From a virus, in the IMG/VR virus record IMGVR_UViG_3300012920_009134, positions 1 through 64,000 of that record: DNA of 64,000 nucleotides; one strand, given 5' to 3'. Positions 47,268 to 56,400 of this stretch are shown here, one piece after another. Position 1 is the first letter of the stretch, and each line of letters starts with the position of its first letter. Made by a program: the position numbers and the translations under genes. The notes under the pieces were generated by a model. The model was not told where the DNA came from. It saw nothing but the letters and a program-made list of their open reading frames with translations, and ran no database searches.

Positions 47268-48997
47268 TGGCGAAACTATCACTTGAAGAAACAGTAAGAA
47301 GGTTTATTGATTCTGATGTAACGGGTACTGAACTGGATGATTCTGTAAAACCGACCCCAATGACCGGCAAGAGTATTTCTAATTTAGAAGATCGAACATC
47401 TTCCGCTACGAGTCCATCTAAGAAGGATGGCGGTCTTGGCAAAAGAACAGCGATTATTATTCGCTCCATAACGTTGAAGGGTATTCACGAGATTCAAGAT
47501 CCAAATATAATAGATGTAGGAAAACAAGTTTCAACTAATACCAATTTTATGGAATGTGTTTTGCATTTCGGGATTCCTGCTGGTTCTACATCTATTACTG
47601 TCGATGAACTTGAAAACATCACTAAATTATATAGATTTTACCAACTAGGGTCTCACCTTGCAACGGTCACTCCACAGGCGTCTGCAGGAGAGGGATTTGT
47701 TGCAGAAGTTGAAATGAGGGGCGTCAACTATGGTGTTATAACGGGCATTTTGAATGAAAGTCTTCAGTATGAAGAATCTAAGAGGACCCCCGCAAAGAAA
47801 CTACACTCTGGTGGTCCCTCATCTAAGCGAAAGACCGGTCAAAAAACTGGATCTGTCGAGGCACATAAAACTGGTAAAAAGGAAGTAATAGGTGGAGAAA
47901 AACCACTTCCAGGAAATACTCAGGATTTCAACGATCCCAAATCTTGGGAAGGTCCAGGTCCACCACATACAGAGAAAAGAAAGAAAGCACTTATTGAATT
48001 AAGAAAACTCGACAGATCGAACATATTTCCAATCGTCAACAATAAGTATGGCATAGTTTATCCCAGTGCAGGAAGCAAGTATAAAACAAAAATGTATAAA
48101 GATAAGAGCGATATTCCTTTTCTTGAAGCACGTAGAGATAATATAGAATCACATTTTCAGTTAGTTTCAATACCGTTGAAAAATTATAAAGATGAGCAGT
48201 TTTATAAATTTAAAGCGAAAATAGGTGCTTACGTTGGAGATCTAGTAGAACTGAGAGGGTCAGGCACTTCAACCTGGGGTGCACCTCAAGCAGTGATTGG
48301 AACAGAGCGTACTATGAAATCCCTGCGCAATATAGAAAAGATATGGACTGATTTGAGAATCGAAGCACTTAAAGCAGGAAAACCCGATCCAGGGTCTGCT
48401 CTTGAGGTTATATCAAACGGTTATAGAAGTCGTCAAGTTAACTTTTGGAGGTCGATGTCATCAGCCGAACGCAAAACGTTCGAGGATGGGTTGTATTGGA
48501 TAAGACATGGCAATAAATATACACCTAAGCAACTTAATAACTGGGATCATTCCCACACACTCGGACAAGCAGTAGATATACATGCAAATTATGGATTTTT
48601 TCAAAGTCAACCAAGAGCATTACGAAAACTTCACAACATTAACTGGAAAAGAATGATGGTCATACTCTCAAGACTAGTGTGGGCAGGTGATTTTTCTCAA
48701 GATGATAAAAAAACAGCCATGGTTGGTTTTGGGTACGGACTCTATCATTTCCATGTAGGTTTAAGAAGACCAGGATTAATAAATGGAAGACCAGGAACTC
48801 ACTGGGCATATAGTTCGCCAATAATCCCACCGGAGTGGAAACAAACAAAACCAGACGCCAAAAAACCAGTTGTTTATCCTTATTTTTCATATGTTGTAAA
48901 ATATGGAGTGTCTAAGTTTACTGAAGAGATGAATAAGACTTACCCCAATTGGACGAAAGTTTTAAAAAAACACGGAGTCTATCCGAAGGAATTTTAA
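47267..48997 (+). CDS. Baseplate-region protein with M15-like (Hedgehog/DD-peptidase fold) Zn peptidoglycan peptidase domain
   Basis: NGYRS, SHTLGQAVDI (H-x6-D), HFHV. Confidence 0.68.
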   Translation: MAKLSLEETVRRFIDSDVTGTELDDSVKPTPMTGKSISNLEDRTSSATSPSKKDGGLGKRTAIIIRSITLKGIHEIQDPNIIDVGKQVSTNTNFMECVLHFGIPAGSTSITVDELENITKLYRFYQLGSHLATVTPQASAGEGFVAEVEMRGVNYGVITGILNESLQYEESKRTPAKKLHSGGPSSKRKTGQKTGSVEAHKTGKKEVIGGEKPLPGNTQDFNDPKSWEGPGPPHTEKRKKALIELRKLDRSNIFPIVNNKYGIVYPSAGSKYKTKMYKDKSDIPFLEARRDNIESHFQLVSIPLKNYKDEQFYKFKAKIGAYVGDLVELRGSGTSTWGAPQAVIGTERTMKSLRNIEKIWTDLRIEALKAGKPDPGSALEVISNGYRSRQVNFWRSMSSAERKTFEDGLYWIRHGNKYTPKQLNNWDHSHTLGQAVDIHANYGFFQSQPRALRKLHNINWKRMMVILSRLVWAGDFSQDDKKTAMVGFGYGLYHFHVGLRRPGLINGRPGTHWAYSSPIIPPEWKQTKPDAKKPVVYPYFSYVVKYGVSKFTEEMNKTYPNWTKVLKKHGVYPKEF

Positions 48998-49000
48998 TAA

Positions 49001-50425
49001 ATGATAGCACACGTAAACGTTAAAGGAGATCAGTATGAAGTAAAGTTGACTGAGGATACCACCGGCGAGGTGATTGAAAAACTTAACCTACAGGGGCAAA
49101 CATACGAAGACTGGAAGCAGTCTGCTGAGTCTTCAGGCACGACTGTTATAGAATACAATAACGCACCACTTGTGAAAGAATCCATTCCGGACGAAGGCGG
49201 AGTACAGTCTACACAGTCTTCACCACTTCCAAGTATCCCAGAAAACAAAGAGGACCCTACGCAAGTAGAGGAATATAAGAATTCCTTAAGTGAAGCAAGA
49301 AGACTCTATGCTGGTATTTCTGTTGTTCCACCAACACCAGGGGAGCAAGACCTTGATGTTGGTCCCAATATAATAATGGAAGACAACAAGGACGGCGAAG
49401 GCGGAATAGATGAGACTGATGAAGAAAAATCTAGTAGAACCGACACTGCAAAGAGGGAGCAAGAAACAACAGAAACGGGGAAGTCTTCACAAGACAAGAC
49501 CAGTTTATCTGACGAAGAGAAAGAACTCTCTCAAAACGCAGAAAACTCGGGACTACTGAATAGTGCTCTAGTTGAACCAGTACCAGAGTTTAAGCGCTGC
49601 GAAGGGGACTATGTGTATAATGGAAAGAATAACCAGTGGATAGTTCTCGGTAGGGACCGCCCTGGTGGGTATAAGACCGGTTATGGTCCTGGAGAGGGCG
49701 ATACTCAAGCAGGCGCTATTGACATAGTTGTTGGCAGAATGTCCCCACACCCCAGAATTAAAAACAGGGGCGGATCAAAGGTTAGGGTTAGTCCAATCTT
49801 TAACTATGCTTTACATGAAGGTAATCAGGTTTGCGATGCATCAAGAATATACATTTCACAAAAAACAGATATCGATCAGAACTTCAAACTTGCTAACGGA
49901 CGTATTGGTAGCAGCATAGCACGAGCAGGAATAGCATTAAAATCAGACGCAGTTAGAATCATCGCCAGAGACTCGGGCATCAAATTGGTAACTCAATCTC
50001 GCCAGTTAATGAACTCGCAGGGTGGCAAAAGTTCCAGAGCACCATCAGGCATTGATATTATTGCTGGTAATGATGACGCCAATCTGCAACCAATGGTTTT
50101 GGGAAATAATCTTGTTGAAGTGCTTAGAGAATACGGAGAGACAATAAATCAGGTAGTTGGTACGGTTACGTCAATAATAGAGAATATAGCAAAACTTGAC
50201 GTAGCGCTTGCAACTCACTTTCATCCACAAGCATTTCCCGCAGGTGTGCCAAACATACCATCGCCAAGTCTTGCTCCAGTTGCAGTTGAATCTATTACAA
50301 AGTTGATATCTCTCGATACTTTCTCAGCGTATGCTGAAAAGTTTAAGTTAGAAAAGATAGAAAAACAGTATTTATCTGCAGGTGCTTTGCAGTCAATAAG
50401 AAGTTCGTTTAATAACGTGAATTAG
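49001..50425 (+). CDS. Baseplate central spike-like protein (gp5/gpV-type)
   Basis: EGD…G….WIVLGRDR beta-repeats, PMVLG, late HFH metal-binding tip motif; position. Confidence 0.6.
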   Translation: MIAHVNVKGDQYEVKLTEDTTGEVIEKLNLQGQTYEDWKQSAESSGTTVIEYNNAPLVKESIPDEGGVQSTQSSPLPSIPENKEDPTQVEEYKNSLSEARRLYAGISVVPPTPGEQDLDVGPNIIMEDNKDGEGGIDETDEEKSSRTDTAKREQETTETGKSSQDKTSLSDEEKELSQNAENSGLLNSALVEPVPEFKRCEGDYVYNGKNNQWIVLGRDRPGGYKTGYGPGEGDTQAGAIDIVVGRMSPHPRIKNRGGSKVRVSPIFNYALHEGNQVCDASRIYISQKTDIDQNFKLANGRIGSSIARAGIALKSDAVRIIARDSGIKLVTQSRQLMNSQGGKSSRAPSGIDIIAGNDDANLQPMVLGNNLVEVLREYGETINQVVGTVTSIIENIAKLDVALATHFHPQAFPAGVPNIPSPSLAPVAVESITKLISLDTFSAYAEKFKLEKIEKQYLSAGALQSIRSSFNNVN

Positions 50426-50432
50426 GTTTAGT

Positions 50433-53400
50433 ATGGCAAATAAAGAATATATATACACTTACACAAATACTTTTTATGAAGTCAACGGGGAACCGATAAA
50501 AGATCAGTATTCTTTTAATATTCCAAAGAGACAGGGAGATGAAGGTGCAGAAGTAGAAATACTCAAGATGTATTTAGGTATTGATTCTCAACCAGGTCAA
50601 AGCAGTGCTCTGTTCGACGCTGAACTTATTAATCGAATTCGTATTTGGCAAAATGACCACTTAGAGGATATCGCTGCTGAGTCTGGTGCAAACGTAAGAG
50701 TTGACCCAAGTTTTGGTCTTTTTGATATAGACTTGGGTGTTGCATTTGTCCTTGAGGAGCAAGGATATTTAGGCGAGTTTACTTACAAGGCAATGATTAG
50801 AAAGGGTTTTGCTGTCGCTGCAAAAGAATATCTTGAATCTGAATATTGGGCGCGTACGTACCTAGAAGAAACTGTTGGTGGTCTAATGTCGTCTGACTAT
50901 GGATTTCCAACACAAAATGACGCGGTTCAACAAGAACCCAGATATGCCAATAAGAGTTGGATCGAGTATAGATACGTTACAAACTATGCTGCGAATAATG
51001 TCGAAGGCGAAATATCAGAAAGATTAGATATATTGTCAGAAGCAGCAAGAGACGCAGTTAACCAAGTGTTTGACTTTTATGGTAAACCTAAAACTTGGGT
51101 AGTTACGGGCGTCACACAAAAAGAAATGGAAGGAGAGTTTAATTACATAGCAAACTATCAATCTCTTTTGAAAGATCAGGGTCGTATTGTTGATAAATTC
51201 CGCGAAGGTCAGAGATTCACATTTACGGTAGAAGATCCTGGAAGTGTGTATGAGCAATTAAACGGCACTAAGGTTGACATGCTTTTTGGTATGGACCTTT
51301 CAGTTAACTCTGGAGGAGTATCAGACGGATTTTGTATTATTAAAGAGATATCTCCACCTTCCTTGAGACCAACTTCAACCTATAATATAACTTTTTGGAT
51401 TAGTAGAACTTTCTTCGAACAAATAGAGGGAGGATCATTAACATCAGGTGGAACTTTTGATGTCACTGACCCAGACGTCTACCGAGAAGCGGCGCAGATA
51501 TACAGCGAAAAAAAACGACAAGCAAAAGAATTATATAAAAAGGCAGGCAGGGTTGTAGGTGATCTGAACGATCCTGGAAAAATGGCAAAGCAGGTTGACA
51601 AGTTTGCAAAAGGGCAATCCCGAAAAGCAACCGCTGCAGCACGAAATCTCGGAAATAATCTTTGGGATCAAGCAAGATCAGGTACCGGTGGACCTAGTGA
51701 TTTTGAACGTCAAGAAGCAACAAAAGAAGCACTAGAAGAGGCAGCATTTTTTGGTAGAGACATACCATCCTCGGTTAGGATTGAATTAAGAGACTTCAAG
51801 CAAATGATCGACGATGTTTCTGCAAAGTTAGAGGAATATCATGCCAACATACAGAAGTTTAAGGATGAAAACGACACTAGTAAATCACAGAGTAGGTTTG
51901 AGAAATCAAATAGACCCATAGTTCCAGATCTTGCGCCGAGGGAAGAGGCGCGAAAATTAAGAGAAGTATACGTCGCTCTTGAAGACTTTATGAGGGTCAA
52001 TGGTTATAGGTTAGCAGCATCTGCACCAGACAAGCAAGATAACTTAGTTATAAGTTTCGAACCAGTTCGAGGAGTTGTATATAAACCAGGAATACAAGAT
52101 CCATCTCTATCTCCAAACTTAGATGAGGTTACTGTAAATCCAACTGAAACAGGTGTTGAGGAAATAATCGGTTTTCAAATTTCTGACATCCAGTATACAG
52201 TTGATGTCGCTGAAGATTCTAATAGACCACTGCCTTCTGGCCGAACCCGTTTTAACAGAGATAACGGTAAGCGACCATTTGTATATCCTTCTACAATGGG
52301 ATATTTGGCACAACTAAATGACATTGCAGAATGGATTCAGCAAAATCCATGTGATGATTTAGAGCAGGGTAATCCAGCAGTTGTATTTTTTGCTCGCTGG
52401 CATTGGCCTGAAATATCATTTAATTTCACAACTAAGAAATCTGAGAGTATCATAAACTTAACAGAACCCTCAGTAACCTTGACAACAAGAAATGAAAGAA
52501 AGGGTGAAACTAAGGTAAGGACTGTCAAAAATCTTGTTGATCTAAAAGAAGCAGCAATACTAACTGCTAGAGACGAGATTAAAGAACAGAAAGCGCTGTT
52601 AGACGAAAATATCAAAGCAATAAAAGAAAGCACTTTGTTTGAGAAAAAGGGCAAGATAATAAACACTGCTGATGTATATCCGGACTTCGGTAAGATACCA
52701 TGCGACATTGAAAAGATGTGGGAAGAATTCTTAAATCAGTGGGACATGAGACTTGTTATGTGTGATTTGCAAAAATGTATTCCACAACTACCAAGATTCA
52801 ATCTCAAATTTGACTGGAAACTTCCAACACTGCCAAATATACCGACATTTGATCCTATGCACTTTGTACTACCTCAGTTGAGGATCGCAATAAATGATAT
52901 TATAATGTCTTTTATATGTAAGTTGATTCAGAGCATTTTAGACACAGTAAGAAGACCTGATTGTACAGAGTTGCTTGCTTTTGGTGCCCTTGTGTTGGAT
53001 GATGTTCTCGCTAAGGTGAATGCTTTTAGGAATGAAAGAAGGGCAAGAAGAAAGAATCCAGAAGAAGAACAGGCAGTTATTGATTCGGTCGGACAAGCAA
53101 ATGAAGCATTAAACGCTATGGGCGTCGTCGGTCCTGAGTTAAATTCGGATACGGGCGATCTATTGAATGCAATAAGTGCCGTGCTAACTCCAACAGAACT
53201 CTGTTCTCTCTTTGAGGGGCAAGCAAGTGATAATGTTTTGGGTATCGTACTAAAAGTTGTGCAGACTTCGACTTCTACACTTAAGGAATATTTAACAACC
53301 ATAGACGAAGTAGAAAAGTTTTTCTTCACTATCGGCACTGTTATATCACCAGAGATTTGTGATGCAATCAAAGAGTTAAGTGATATTGTCATATCTCAAG

Positions 53401-56400
53401 AACTTTGCACTACAGATAGGGATCTAAGAGCATTGCTTGAGGATGTTGGTGCAACCCCCGAACAAATAAGAGATGAGATGTCTGCCCTGGACCAAAAGAG
53501 GAAGATATTAAACGAACTTTCAAAGAAGGGGGACTTTTCAGGACTTTTGCCAGGGATGACACCCGCCCAGTTAGCAGAAGCAGGGTTGCCTGGACCCTAC
53601 AATAATGCATTTGCCAACAAAATGGTAAAGTATGGTGCAGCATCTATTTTTACAAACCTCAAAACCTATTATTCAATTGAGGCAGCGGCATTCCCGTCTA
53701 AATTTATTGATGAGATTTTTGAGATGGTAGAGCCTGGAACCGCAGGGTTCAATCCAATACATTACGCTAAGTATATATATTATAAAAAACTTTCAGACGA
53801 ATTAGCGGACAAACTCGAAGAAAACGAAAATTATCGTCCTAGAAGAATGGGGCGTCTCATTTCTGCAAAAGAGTCTTTTATCGTTCCATTTGTTGATTTT
53901 GAATCTGGTGTTACATCGTCCAGACCTGCAAGCGAAGTATACACACAGGAGTATGGAGTCGAGAGAATGTATCTTCCGTTCATGAGGGTTATGCCAGTTG
54001 CCAGCAGTACTGACGAAGGAAAGGTTGAATTATCTGAGTTTGCTGACTTGGTTGAAGAGAATGTCGTAGGTTATATGGAACGGTACGCAACAACCAAATT
54101 GGTTGTAACTCAAACCTTAAAGAACATTTTGGATTCTGATGTCTCTACTATGGTTAGAAAGTTTCCAAGTTTCGATGGTGCTTTAAGAGAGTTTCATGTT
54201 AGGTTAGCAACAGAAAGAACGGAAATAGAGCCATTTGACTTATCAGGATTGTCAAAAGCTTCGGTGGGTACTTCTGTGGGAATCACAGATTTGTCATTTT
54301 TCGACTCAGAAGTTAAGGATTGCTACAGATTTTCTTATGACATTCCGGGAACTAGAGAAATTATAACAAGAATATATAATGAAAAGATACCAGAGGAGTA
54401 TGTGAACTTTAGGTCCTCTGGTGTAGACGTTTTATCTTCAAGGCATAGGGATAAACTTTTGCGTCCTGGTGGATTTGCAACGTTGTTGATTCAAAAGTAC
54501 ACTGAGTTAGCAGAAGGTAATCCGGGACCAAATACTTTTACAGATTATTCAGACGGCAATGAAACAAATATGTTGCCTAAAATATTAGGATATATTGAAA
54601 ACCCCGACATGGACGCTGCCCGCGCTGCGTTTAATGCTGTCTTGGATGAGGAGGAGGGTAATTCTCTTGGAGAGTTGCTCCTTGCTTTGATCGTCGGCGC
54701 TATAGCGGCCGCCGGAGAGATACTTGAAACCTCTAATGGACAACCTCTTTATTCTTCCGTTGTGGATTCTTTTAACTTTCAGTTATCAGATATCACAAAA
54801 AATTCTAGATTCTTCAACGTTGATGCGATGTTGGAACTGGAAGATTCTCTGTCTTCAGAGTATAACGTAGACATAGATAGGGAATGTTATGTTAAGAATA
54901 GTAGTATTTTGGACTTTCAAGCAATGGTTGAAAGATTTGCGGAGAAGTTCAATGAAAAGATATCTGAAGCAAAACACGATCCAAGCGAGAGAGATTTTAA
55001 CAAGATGGGTCCTTATGAAGAGGCCGCAATAGAATCACTGTTCAAGAGTTACGTAGATTTTTATTGTTTAGAGATAATGTTTAAAAATATCTTTTTGTTG
55101 TCAGAAGTTGGAGCAAAAAGAATATTCAAATCAGAGTTTGTTATTGACTATATTGTCGATTCTATTGCAACTGAGATGCAAGGAAGTTTATTCAGTAGAA
55201 CAAATATAACCAAGTTTAACGAAATATTAAAATCAATAACCAAGTTAGACGACCCGAAAGAATCTATCAAAACCCTTGTTGTTAAAAACCTGGATGTAGA
55301 AGAAATGGCGTCTTTTATAGATGATATATATCAACCCAAATATTCATCATTCAAAGAGAGAGTGTATAATGAACTGGTAGATAACATGAAAGATGTACCA
55401 AGTACAGAAGATTATCCAAAAGTAACTGTCCTAACTGACATCAGCGCCCTTTCGGGTCCTCGCGATGCCTCTCGACAGGCAGCATTTTTAGAAAATTATG
55501 GAGGATTCCAGGATGTTCCAGTCTCGGCAAGATTGCCAAACTTGTACGACAAATTTAAATTCAAGGGATATTCTGAAGAATTGATAGAAAAAAAGATAAA
55601 CTCAGGACACTTTTGGGTAGAGAAATTCTATAGAATAGACAACTTTGCATCTTTTAGGGCGAAATATAACAAAATTCAGGAGTATGTTGCATTAAATCCT
55701 GCGTACAACAGACTTCAACCCTTGTCATCGCTCCATAAGGAGTACATATCACCTGAAGATCTAGAAAAGATGTTGTTTGGTTATCAGTCTTTCGATAAAC
55801 TTGAAGAATATAATCAAACTATAGAAAACAATCTAGAAAGGATTGAGACTGAGTACAAGTATATAAAGACTATATTTTTAGCGTTGCTCTCCAATTTTTA
55901 CACAGGTTCTTCATATAAGAAAGAATCTTTGGCGTCAAAGATTATGATTGATCTTGGCATGGCAGAAATGTCTGCAGAGACTGCAACAAGAAAAATCAGA
56001 ACCTGGAGACAAATCGAATCAGGAGTTCTTCATACGGTTGAAACTGTGCCGTATAATGATAATCAAATTGAAACAGATCTGGCATACAGAAATGGCAACG
56101 TAGATATCGAAGAACTATATAAGAGAATGAAATCTAGATTCGAGATCGGTAAAGCAGTTGCAAACGGACAAATAAATGGAGACAATCTTATATCTAAGTC
56201 GTGGGACACTATTCCGGATGATAACAAGCATGATACAGAATTTGGAACCCTTGCAAAACATTATGACTGGGTTAACTATTTTGATTTTCTTGTTCGTGGA
56301 GCAACAGATTTGTCAGTAGAAAGAAAATCTCAAATGATTGTAGATTGTTTGACTAGGTTTGTAGAACTCTCACACAACTGGGTACCCAGAAGGCAGTCAT

